The notes under the pieces were generated by a model, which was given only the letters and a program-made list of their open reading frames with translations, did no database searches and was not told the DNA's origin. A stretch of DNA of 64,000 nt from an uncultured cyanobacterium (GTDB lineage Bacteria > Cyanobacteriota > Cyanobacteriia > Cyanobacteriales > Nostocaceae): NCBI GenBank assembly GCA_963740315.1, contig CAVUDP010000002.1:896001-960000 (forward strand). Direction: 5' to 3'. This document shows, in pieces, positions 51,457 through 60,811 of this stretch. Both the position numbers and the translations under genes were made by a program. Every line of letters begins with the position of its first letter. Position 1 is the first letter of the stretch.

Positions 51457-51511
51457 GCTCGTAGTAAGGGCTTCAGCCCTAAATCCGAGCGCTAAAGCGC
51501 TTACTACGAAC
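51457..51511. repeat. GTAG-type REP doublet
   Basis: CGTAGTAAGGGCTTCAGCCCT-AAATCCG-AGCGCTAAAGCGCTTACTACG. Confidence 0.75.
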
Positions 51512-51688
51512 CTTTATTATCTCTCAAAACTAATCGCTGGTTGTAACAAGATTACTGGTTGTAACGAGCGAGCTTCTAGCTCGCACTACGAATTTCTTAA
51601 AAGCCTATAAACACAAATATAAACCCCGTTAAATTGGGGTTTTATTTGTACCTTTAATAATTGCAGTTAAAGCACTCATTAAGCCATA

Positions 51689-52027
51689 TCACCATTTGCG
51701 ATCGCCGTCTTCGTCTACTCTTGCTTGACGAATTACATCGGAAATCTCTTCAGCATCTTTAACGTGGTGTAATGCTTCTTCTTCACCTGTTTCTTTATCT
51801 TCGGCGACAAAGTAAGTTGGAACGGTAATATGATCTCCGGTAATATCTGGGGCATCTACCGCTACTTGCTGCGCTTTTTCATCTACTGATTTGCTTTCAT
51901 CAACGCGATCGCCGGGATTTAATACATGAGGATCGTCTGCGTTTTTTAATTCTTGTTTTTGACGATCTTTTTGTTCAAAGTCAACCTGTTCGGGAGTTAA
52001 AGGTTGTTTTTTATCTTGACTAGCCAT
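51689..52027 (-). CDS. Acidic hydrophilic hypothetical protein (probably stress-related)
   Basis: 112-aa ORF with DITGDHI.VPTYF and LHHVKDAEEISD.IRQAR; stress-gene context. Confidence 0.7.
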   Translation of the reverse strand: MASQDKKQPLTPEQVDFEQKDRQKQELKNADDPHVLNPGDRVDESKSVDEKAQQVAVDAPDITGDHITVPTYFVAEDKETGEEEALHHVKDAEEISDVIRQARVDEDGDRKW

Positions 52028-52213
52028 ATTTATAATCCTAAAAAATTACAGTTTGCTTCCCTAATGAATTTACGCGGATTTGTAAAAAAAATAGATTCTC
52101 TCGGCAAGGGGATTGATAATTAAGAAGCGATTAATTATTTCCTTAACTACAATTGTGTAGCTTCCCCATCCTATTAAAAGATTTTCCAGCGTTCCAAGAG
52201 AATCTTCACTTTA

Positions 52214-52486
52214 TTAAGCAGCACGTCTGGTGACTAAACTCCAGATGAATACAGCAATCATTGCACCGATGATAGCAACGATTAATCCACCAATGCTAAA
52301 ACCAGATGAGGTTAATGCGAACGTTCCCGTAGTTAACAGGGTAAACAAAGTTCCACCAACGAATGCACCGATAATACCTAGAAGCATTGTTGCTAGGATT
52401 CCGCCACCTTGATGACCGGGATAAATTGCTTTAGCGATCGCACCAGCGATAAGACCTAAAATAACCCATGCAATAATATCAAACAT
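52214..52486 (-). CDS. GlsB/YeaQ/YmgE family stress membrane protein
   Basis: IIAWVILGLIAGAIAK..PG...LGIIGAFVGG motif. Confidence 0.9.
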   Translation of the reverse strand: MFDIIAWVILGLIAGAIAKAIYPGHQGGGILATMLLGIIGAFVGGTLFTLLTTGTFALTSSGFSIGGLIVAIIGAMIAVFIWSLVTRRAA

Positions 52487-52763
52487 ACTTATATTCTCCT
52501 CAACAAGAGTTGTGTTCGTTTCGTTATTCCTAATTTATCAATTTCTAATAACTTGCAAATCTATAGCGAGAAGTAATCTTGATATTCCAGAGGAATAGAA
52601 ATTCGCCCTCTAGGTTAAATCAAATTAAGTAATTAATTCTTTTGCAAAAATTCAGTATGCACTTATCAAGTTGACAACGCATTAAATCAAGCTTTGGCTC
52701 GTTTTTAAGTACTAATTCTTGACTCGTTGTGTAATTAAACACAAACAGTTTGACAACTAATAC

Positions 52764-54095
52764 TTACGAAGCAAATCCTCCTTTAGATTTAGTTTTTCCC
52801 TTCTTATTACTCTTTCCTTTTACTTCCGATAATGCTTCTTGGAACAGATTGTGCAAATGTAATGGAACGCTGGCAATTTCAGGTAATTCGACGTTTAAAT
52901 TTTTGTCAAAATCATCCAATAAGTCAAAATAATCATGTTCTAAATTAAAATCTGGGCGATTTAATACTTGTTGCAACAGCTTCTCTAATTGTTCTGGGTA
53001 TTGTTCCGATAAACGATGCCAAACACAAGCTTTAATATCGTCGGATTCCAAATATTCGCGTACCAATTTATCGGCATCTATTTGCTCGTTGGTATTGTCA
53101 TCTAATAGCATTTTAAATTGGGTATAGTTTGTTAAAAAGATTTGTCCCCAATGACCAAAGCTCAGCATGGTGACTTCTTCAGCTTTTTTCAAATGTGCGG
53201 GTAATTCTACTTTCGGCATCACCATTTTCAGGCTTTTGTTGCTATTCATCACCTGAGAAACAGCTTTGCCCTCTAAACCCATTTCTTCTACAGTTTCAGC
53301 CATTTCTTCATCAGAAATATCCGCCGATTGCGCTATTTCCTTGAGAGATTTTGAGCTATCAATCCCTGCTGCTGCCAATCTACTTTCAGTTACTTGTTCT
53401 TGAAGTTCGCTTAGTTTTTGCTCTAATTGATATCCCGGTAACGTAACTTCATCACTGCCGAAAAAGTCAATAAACCTTTCGTGGTATTTTTCTACAGAAA
53501 GCCATGCTTCTTCGAGTAATTCCGGTGCATCGCCATATAGATAATTTTTGTAATTTTTCTTAAAGTTTCCGATCGCAACAGCCAATTTTGGTTTACCCAA
53601 CCTGCCCATTAAAGTAATTGGGGAAGAAAACATCCAGTAGCGATCGTTTACAGGTACAATTCGCGCTAATAAAATTTCTGCAACTTTTGCACGTTTTAAT
53701 TGTTGTTGCTCTTGCTCGCTAATCTTAACTAAATATTCTTTATCAGTTAACCAGTTTCTTAATGCAAAACTATCGTCCGAAATTTGGTTAACTACAAACA
53801 AACCTGCAAAACTGCGCTGCCAATTATTAACAAGTTCCCGTTTTTGTGCAGATAAATCGGGGTGAGATTCTAAAAATATCTCAACAGGCTTCTTGCTTCC
53901 TACCATGCCTTCAGTAAGAAACATATTCAGCACCATATCATTTTGAACCGCACCCTGATATTGAGATTCAGAAAAAATCGCTAATTGTTCAGCACTAAAA
54001 GCTTCCAAAGATACCGCTAAATCTCCTTCTGCGTCCAAAACAAAATCTAGTAATTCTAAATGTAACTCTTTAGCTGTTGATAAAATTGCGTCCAC
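52764..54095 (-). CDS. Conserved cyanobacterial hypothetical protein
   Basis: 443-aa ORF directly downstream of the P450; GKPKLAVAIGNFK and LYGDAPELLE motifs; function not recognised. Confidence 0.75.
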   Translation of the reverse strand: MDAILSTAKELHLELLDFVLDAEGDLAVSLEAFSAEQLAIFSESQYQGAVQNDMVLNMFLTEGMVGSKKPVEIFLESHPDLSAQKRELVNNWQRSFAGLFVVNQISDDSFALRNWLTDKEYLVKISEQEQQQLKRAKVAEILLARIVPVNDRYWMFSSPITLMGRLGKPKLAVAIGNFKKNYKNYLYGDAPELLEEAWLSVEKYHERFIDFFGSDEVTLPGYQLEQKLSELQEQVTESRLAAAGIDSSKSLKEIAQSADISDEEMAETVEEMGLEGKAVSQVMNSNKSLKMVMPKVELPAHLKKAEEVTMLSFGHWGQIFLTNYTQFKMLLDDNTNEQIDADKLVREYLESDDIKACVWHRLSEQYPEQLEKLLQQVLNRPDFNLEHDYFDLLDDFDKNLNVELPEIASVPLHLHNLFQEALSEVKGKSNKKGKTKSKGGFAS

Positions 54096-54106
54096 AGTTC
54101 TTAACC

Positions 54107-55465
54107 TTAATTGCGCTTTCTAATTTCTACCTTAATACCATGCTCCGGTCGCAAAGTTATCGAAGGTTGAGGAACTATAGGATGGTCTTCAACAAGTTTT
54201 AATTTATACTTTTGAGCAATAGAAGCCAGTATTAGCACCGCTTCCATCATCGCGAAACCCTTACCAATGCAAATACGCGGACCATCACCGAAAGGTATAT
54301 AAACGCCTCTGGGCAACCGCTTTTCTAAATCATCCCAGCGTTCGGGAATAAACTCTTCGGAATTATCAAAATATTTGGGATGGCGATGCATCACCCACTG
54401 ACTCATCATTACCGAGCATCCAGCCGGAATTTGATAATCATCAAGCTGGTAATCTTCTACAGCTTCCCGTCCAAAAAGCGACACTGGGGGGTACAGTCGC
54501 ATCGACTCTTTGATTACCATATTGGTGTATTGCAGACGCGGCACATCTTCAACAGTTGGTAGTCCATCCAATGTTTTTAACTCATCCCATAACTTGCGTT
54601 CGACTTGCGGATGTTGAGCCAACAGCATCCACGTCCAGGATAAAGCATTCGCAGTAGTTTCGTGCCCTGCCAGCATCAAAGTAGCCACTTCATCGCGCAA
54701 CTGGCGTTAAGCGAAGCTCTACCGAAGGTAATCGCTCATTTGGGAGTTATCATCTTCATCCCGTGCTTGCATCAACATTGAGAGCAAATCTTTCCCTTGT
54801 TCGTTGCTTTCCCGCTTTTGCCTAATGAGACTGTAAATACTTTCATCCATTTTATTAATAGCATTGCGATAGCGGATGTTTTCCGGTCTGGGAAACCATT
54901 CCCAAATCAAAAAATTCTGCTTGCGCTTGCTTTCAAACCAATTCATCGCCACATCTAATGCATTAGCGACATCTTTCGCTTCTCCCTCACCGACATCTTG
55001 GTTAAAAATGCACTTCATCACAATCTTGAGAGTCAGGCTCATCATATCAGCGTGAACGTCACGGGTTTCCCCATCAGCCCAATCACTCATCGCTTCACTG
55101 TATTCCACCATTGTTTTCCCGTAGCCATTAATTTGTTTTTGGTGGAAAACGGGTTGTGCTAATCGACGCTGACGAAACCAAGATTCACCTTCATTAGTTA
55201 GTAAACCTTCACCAAGCAAAGTTTTTTTAGCGCGAAATCCTCTACTTTTAACAAAATATTTTCTGTCTTTAAGAACTTGTTCAATATAATCGGGATTAAC
55301 AATCAAACAAGCAGGAGTTAATTCCAACTGTAAAGGAATAATATCTCCATAATTGCGACCGCAATCGGTTAAAAATTCTAAAGGATGACTGCCTAAATCC
55401 AGCAAATGTCCGGCAATAGAACTACCTTTAGGAGCATCGAGTTCAAATATATCTTTCATTACCAT
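54107..55465 (-). pseudogene. Cytochrome P450 interrupted by a 24-nt HIP1-targeted insertion (two in-frame stops)
   Basis: The two ORF halves are in the same frame; AGHETT, ESMR, PERW and PFGDGPRICIG motifs; removing 54707-54730 restores MSDRQLRDE. Confidence 0.9.
54707..54730 (-). mobile_element. 24-nt small dispersed element inserted in a HIP1 site (SDR5-like)
   Basis: Plus strand GCG|TTAAGCGAAGCTCTACCGAAGGTA|ATCGC; exact reverse complement of 12993-13016. Confidence 0.9.
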
Positions 55466-55467
55466 TT

Positions 55468-55545
55468 ACCAGTTACCCTACGGGTTCAACACTTTGCTTA
55501 TGCCGGGGAACCAGTCCACCGCAAATGTTTTACCAGTTACCAGTT
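55468..55545. repeat. GC-richer hairpin insert nested in an ACCAGTT heptamer array
   Basis: ACCAGTT, then a 57-nt insert (55475-55531), then ACCAGTT ACCAGTT. Confidence 0.55.
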
Positions 55546-55660
55546 AATAGTAAGTATTTTTGTTCATTTGCTTATCAGTCTTAAGAGGGATAAATAATAA
55601 TTCTTCTACCTATGGTATTAATATAGAAAATAGGGAAGAAGGAAAAAATATTTCTTACTC

Positions 55661-56785
55661 CTAACTCAATACTCCGGTGGTACTAACCGATTTTGGTAAA
55701 GCGATCGTAAACAAACTTCCATTCTCAGGTTCGGATTTTACAGTAATTGTGCCTTTATGTGCTTCAATAATCCGGCGCGATAAATATAACCCCAAACCGC
55801 TACCAGAATTTTTGTGTTTACCGGGACGAAATCTCTCGAATAATATTGCTTGCTCTTCTGGAGAAATTCCGCTTCCCGTGTCTTTAATTTTGATTTCTGT
55901 AGTTTCTGCTGGTTGTAAACTAACTTCTATAGAGCCAGTACTCGTAAATTTAATGGCGTTTCCGATCAGATTAGTTAATACTCTTTTAATTTCAATCCGA
56001 TCTGCCTCGATCGTAAATACGCTATCTTTTGAATTAAAATTTTCTAAATTAGAGTTTAATATTAATCCTTTTTCTTCTGCTAAAGGTGTTAACTCTTGAA
56101 CTACATCTTGAACTAAATCGTAAATATTAATTTTATCGAAGTTAATTTTTTTGCAATCAGCTTCATAACGATAAACTTCGAGCAAACTATTTACCATGTG
56201 TAACAAGTCATCGTTGCTGGTAATCATGGTAGAAAATATCTGCTCAACTGGTTGGGTGATTTCAAAAAATCTACCTTCGCGGAGTAATTTTAAAACGCGG
56301 TTGGAAGCTGCTAGAGGTGTTCTTAAATCGTGGGTGAAGCGGGAAACAAAATCTTGGCGCAAACTCGCCATATGATCGCGTTCATCTATACTGTGTTTGA
56401 GACGCAAAAGACTGCGTACTCGCGCTTGAAGTTCGTCAGCATCTACTGGTTTACGAATAAAGTCGTCGGCACCTGCATCTAATCCTTCCACAACGCTGAT
56501 GCTATCGTAAGCGGTAATTAATAGGATGGGAATAAATGGTAATTCTTTATTTTGTCGGATGCGACGAGTAAATTCATAGCCATCCATTTCTGGCATCATT
56601 ACATCTAGAAGAATTAAATCTGGTAGCGACTCTTGCACCATCTCTAAAGCTAATTTGCTACTTTCTTGAATTTCAATTTCGTATCCTTCATCTTCTAAAA
56701 TTGTTTCGATAACTAGTAAGTTATCAAAAACATCATCAACTACTAATATCCGGTCTTTTTTTTCTCGTTCATTATAAGGAATCAT
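55661..56785 (-). CDS. Hybrid response regulator-histidine kinase (REC-HisKA-HATPase)
   Basis: LVVDD, LLDVMMP, THDLRTPL, NLIGNAIKF and GSGLGL motifs. Confidence 0.95.
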   Translation of the reverse strand: MIPYNEREKKDRILVVDDVFDNLLVIETILEDEGYEIEIQESSKLALEMVQESLPDLILLDVMMPEMDGYEFTRRIRQNKELPFIPILLITAYDSISVVEGLDAGADDFIRKPVDADELQARVRSLLRLKHSIDERDHMASLRQDFVSRFTHDLRTPLAASNRVLKLLREGRFFEITQPVEQIFSTMITSNDDLLHMVNSLLEVYRYEADCKKINFDKINIYDLVQDVVQELTPLAEEKGLILNSNLENFNSKDSVFTIEADRIEIKRVLTNLIGNAIKFTSTGSIEVSLQPAETTEIKIKDTGSGISPEEQAILFERFRPGKHKNSGSGLGLYLSRRIIEAHKGTITVKSEPENGSLFTIALPKSVSTTGVLS

Positions 56786-56911
56786 TTTTTTATTTAAAAT
56801 AATTTTACTTTGGCTACATTTTAAAGTATTTTATATAATTTAGTAAATTTTCATTTTATTTTATTTTATTTTATTTAATCAATAAATATTGATTTGGTTA
56901 TGGGGGAAATA

Positions 56912-58129
56912 TTAATTTGATTCCTCTACTTTAATATAGCGCGGTAGTTCCACTCGAAACGTCGAGCCTTTATCTAATTCGCTTTCAACTAAAATATTTC
57001 CATTCATCATTTTGGTTAATGATTGAGTAATTGCTAAACCCAATCCCGTACCCGCATATTTACGTGAAATTGATTGATTAATTTGACGGAATGGTTCAAA
57101 AATATGTTTAATTTCATTTGCAGAAATACCAATACCTGTATCTCCGACTTCAATAGCAAGGTGAGTATCTGATATTTCCTTTGCTTCTATCCAAACTATT
57201 CCTTCATCGGTAAATTTAATTGCGTTGGAAATTAAGTTTACCAAAATCTGACGCAAGCGGTTTCGATCGTTAACTGTCTTGGTATCTTGCAGATTTATTT
57301 TAATTTTTAAATCTAATTTCTTCTGTACTTTTAAAGAGCGTAATTCATCTACAGTGGTAGTAATTAATTGAGATAAATCGAATTCTTCGGGATGTAACTG
57401 TAAACCTCCTGCTTCAATTTTGGATAAATCGAGGATATCGTTGATTAAAGCAAGTAGATTTTTTCCATTATTATGAATGCGCTGAATCATATCCACTTGA
57501 GAAGTGGAAAAGTTGCCTTTATTTTTACGCTGTAACATTTGAGAAAATGCCATAATCGCATTTAAAGGCGTTCGCAGTTCATGAGACATTGTTGCTAAAA
57601 ACCTTGATTTTGTTTCCGAAGCTTCTAACAATTTTAGGTTTTGGATGTGAATTTGTTCTCTCTTTTCTTCTAGTTCTTTATTTTTCTTTTTTAATAATTC
57701 ATTACTTTCTCTTAGCTGTTGATTAAATAACTCTATTTGTAATTCTGCTTCATAAATACGAATGACATTTCTCAATGTCGCACTTAGTAAATCCGGGGTA
57801 ATTCTCGACTTGGTAATGTAGTCGGAAGCACCTGCTTTCATTAATTCAACCGCTGTTTGTTCGTCTCCTTGTCCGGTTAAAATTATCAAGGGTACCTTTG
57901 AACCTGAAGCACGTATTTCTTGAACTAACGCTAACCCATCTTTCCCCGGCAACAGATAGTCTACGAATATACAATCAAAGATATTTTCTGATAATATTTC
58001 AAAAGCCCCAGAATAGTCGCTGGCTTCAGACAGTTTCATTCGTATGTTTGCTGCTTTTAAAGCGCGACTCACAGCCATACGATCTACTTCATCATCATCG
58101 ATAATTAATATGTTTAAGGTTTCTTCCAT
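56912..58129 (-). CDS. Hybrid response regulator-histidine kinase (REC-HisKA-HATPase)
   Basis: IIDDDEVD, VDYLLP, SHELRTPL, NLISNAIKF and GTGLGL motifs. Confidence 0.95.
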   Translation of the reverse strand: MEETLNILIIDDDEVDRMAVSRALKAANIRMKLSEASDYSGAFEILSENIFDCIFVDYLLPGKDGLALVQEIRASGSKVPLIILTGQGDEQTAVELMKAGASDYITKSRITPDLLSATLRNVIRIYEAELQIELFNQQLRESNELLKKKNKELEEKREQIHIQNLKLLEASETKSRFLATMSHELRTPLNAIMAFSQMLQRKNKGNFSTSQVDMIQRIHNNGKNLLALINDILDLSKIEAGGLQLHPEEFDLSQLITTTVDELRSLKVQKKLDLKIKINLQDTKTVNDRNRLRQILVNLISNAIKFTDEGIVWIEAKEISDTHLAIEVGDTGIGISANEIKHIFEPFRQINQSISRKYAGTGLGLAITQSLTKMMNGNILVESELDKGSTFRVELPRYIKVEESN

Positions 58130-58385
58130 AGAGTTGAAAAAAGCAACAATTTATCAGTTGCTATTAATTTTTTCTATCGGGGCTGCATCTTATCGGTTAA
58201 AGATCGAATTTATCGAGTTTAAGTTAAACTGTATTTTTTCTTACAAATTATTTCTTTACAAATTCAATTTATCTATGATAATCTATATGATAAGTAAAAC
58301 AGTATAGATTTTATTAATAAAGATTATTGGATTTTTTGAATATCAAATTATATCATTTGGGCGATTTTTTTTTAAATAATTAAAA

Positions 58386-58826
58386 TTAGTTGGGCATTTC
58401 CGATGAAGACCAATATTTATTAAGAGTAGTCATCAAATCAACAAATCTAGAAAAAGTTACCGGCTTCAGGAGATAGCCAGAAACATTTAAATCGAATGCT
58501 TCTATCATGTCTCTATCTTGATTGGATGTTGTCAGCATCACTACGGGAGTTAGTTTCAAAAATTTATCGGCACGTATTGTTTGGAGAAATTCCAAGCCGC
58601 TCATTTTAGGCATATTAATATCTAGTAAAATCAAGCGACGTTGCTGGGGTACTGCGGGAAGTTCTTTATTTCCACCACGTAACATGGACAATGCTTCTAT
58701 TCCATTTCTGGCTACGTAAAGTGGATTTTTAATATTAGCTTTTTTGAAGGCTCGCTCCACGTTCATAATATCAACTTCGTCATCTTCCACAAGTAATATA
58801 TTGACGATCCTGTCATGTTCCTGCAT
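58386..58826 (-). CDS. Rcp1-like single-domain response regulator
   Basis: LLVEDDEVD, LLDINMP, LTTS, YLLKP and KYW motifs. Confidence 0.95.
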   Translation of the reverse strand: MQEHDRIVNILLVEDDEVDIMNVERAFKKANIKNPLYVARNGIEALSMLRGGNKELPAVPQQRRLILLDINMPKMSGLEFLQTIRADKFLKLTPVVMLTTSNQDRDMIEAFDLNVSGYLLKPVTFSRFVDLMTTLNKYWSSSEMPN

Positions 58827-58981
58827 TGTAATTTTAGATAAATCCTTTAAATGTCTATCTAAACATCAATAGAGCATTATAAAAGTGTACTTTCATGAAT
58901 TGTAAACCGATAGTTGCACTGCGGTGTCCGACCATTAGTGAGGATTTGAGATTAAATAACCTATTCCTATCGGATGAAATA

Positions 58982-60802
58982 CTAATGTTCTATGGTTTCT
59001 TTCAACCAAGTAAAGTAAAAAGCTGCTCCTTTACCCAATTCAGATTCCAAGCGGATTTTTCCACCTTCTGCCTCGACAATTTTTTTGACGATAGATAAAC
59101 CAACGCCGGTATTTTCCTTTTTGTCGCGAGATTCGAGGGTTTGAAAAATAGTGAAAATTTTATCTTGATTTGCTCGGTCAATACCGCGACCATCATCGGC
59201 GACAATAAACTGATATAATTGATAGCTCTCTTCTACAGAAATTTTTAAATTACCATCCTCGCGGGGATGATGTTTAATAGCATTACTAATTAAATTGGCA
59301 AATACCTGTGAAAGCAGTAACTTTTTGGTTATAAATACCGGCATTTGGGGAGCAATTTCGATCTTAAATGTTGACGGGGGATTGATGGAATCGATAATTT
59401 CTGCTAAAAGTTCGCTAACATCAACTTTTTCCGACAGAGTTTGAATTCTTCCCACCCGCGAATATTCTAGTAAACCATTAATCAAAGCTTCCATGCGGTG
59501 AACTCGTTTTCTGAGGAGTTGGAGTTGCTGCTGATTTTCTGCTTTTAAATCATCTTTAATATCTTCTTCCAACCATTCAGAAAGATTGGCAATTCCCCTC
59601 AACGGTGCTTTTAAATCGTGGGAAGCAATGTAAGCAAAGCTGTCTAATTCTTGATTTCTTTCGGTTAAAGCTTGGTTAGTATTTGCTAATAATAAACTTA
59701 AACGAGATAATTCTTGAACGTTAGCTTCTAATTTCTGCCGCGCTTGCTGTCTTTCGGTAATATCGCGGACGATTACCATTTTACCGTGATTATCTTTTAA
59801 ATCGCTGATAGATATTTCTACCGGAAAATTTGCGCCTATTTGACGATTTCCCAAAGCGTACATTGGTAAAGATTGATGCGTTGCAGAAATACTTATATTA
59901 AATTGGGGTTTTTCGGATTCTATTTTGTTAGATATTAATAAGTTAAGATTTTTACCGATTACTTGACTCGATTGATAACCAAACATCATCGCTGCTGCTT
60001 GATTAAAACTATCAATCTTATCTTGTCTATCTAAAGTAATAATTCCATCTACAACATTCCCCATTATTCCCTCAAGCAGGCTTTTCTTTTCTTGAAGCTG
60101 TAATTCTTGTCCTTCAATTTGCCAATCAAGCTTGCTGAATAAGTATATTGCTCCCACATAGCTAGATATACTAATCGTCACCGTAAACCATAATATAGTA
60201 ATATCTTTATCGCGGATCTCGTTTAAATTGTCACGATAGATATCTAACTGATGTAATTCTTCTTCCTGAAAAACATCAATAACATCGCGAATCGTATCCA
60301 TAACGCTTTTACCTTGGTAAAGCAAAGCATCCGCTGATGGTGGTTGGGGATTAGCTTGCTTTGTCTGTTCGAGTTTTTCTATTCTTCTCTCTAAAATATC
60401 AATATTTTTTGCTGCTAAAGCTTCTATCCGTTCAAATCTTTTTCCTTGAACATTATTAGGTAAATCTTGCTTTAACCAATCGACGATCGCTGGTAATTCT
60501 TGACGGGCTTTATTGTAAGGTTCTAAAAATATGGGATTGCGAGAAATTACATAGCCGCGAGTAGCTGTTTCAGCATCTAGCAAAATTTTCAGCAATCTAT
60601 TACTATCTAAGATTACCGTTTTTGTATGGTCAATTTGCTTATAAGTTGCGATCGCACTTTGTCTCGACCAAACCGAAGCAACTAAAGTTATTATCAAACA
60701 AGAAAAAGGTAGCGCAACAATAATTGCACCACGATAGCGTACTGGTAAAGAGTGCCAGATAGCATTTGTTTTAGCGAACAAATTTAAATTTAGTTGTGGC
60801 AT
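58982..60802 (-). CDS. CHASE3-PAS sensor histidine kinase
   Basis: Two TM segments; DAETATRGY...FLEPY CHASE3 motif; PAS; SHDLKAPL. Confidence 0.9.
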   Translation of the reverse strand: MPQLNLNLFAKTNAIWHSLPVRYRGAIIVALPFSCLIITLVASVWSRQSAIATYKQIDHTKTVILDSNRLLKILLDAETATRGYVISRNPIFLEPYNKARQELPAIVDWLKQDLPNNVQGKRFERIEALAAKNIDILERRIEKLEQTKQANPQPPSADALLYQGKSVMDTIRDVIDVFQEEELHQLDIYRDNLNEIRDKDITILWFTVTISISSYVGAIYLFSKLDWQIEGQELQLQEKKSLLEGIMGNVVDGIITLDRQDKIDSFNQAAAMMFGYQSSQVIGKNLNLLISNKIESEKPQFNISISATHQSLPMYALGNRQIGANFPVEISISDLKDNHGKMVIVRDITERQQARQKLEANVQELSRLSLLLANTNQALTERNQELDSFAYIASHDLKAPLRGIANLSEWLEEDIKDDLKAENQQQLQLLRKRVHRMEALINGLLEYSRVGRIQTLSEKVDVSELLAEIIDSINPPSTFKIEIAPQMPVFITKKLLLSQVFANLISNAIKHHPREDGNLKISVEESYQLYQFIVADDGRGIDRANQDKIFTIFQTLESRDKKENTGVGLSIVKKIVEAEGGKIRLESELGKGAAFYFTWLKETIEH

Positions 60803-60811
60803 TATTGATTA

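Noticed and set aside
54107..54700. Independent 197-aa P450 gene
   Set aside because: It is the C-terminal half of the interrupted P450, in the same frame as 54719-55465.
55677..56099. 140-aa ORF and similar nested ORFs (e.g. 4235-4513, 18940-19236, 27137-28154, 46731-47003)
   Set aside because: Shadow or alternate-frame ORFs of well-supported genes, with no recognisable motifs.
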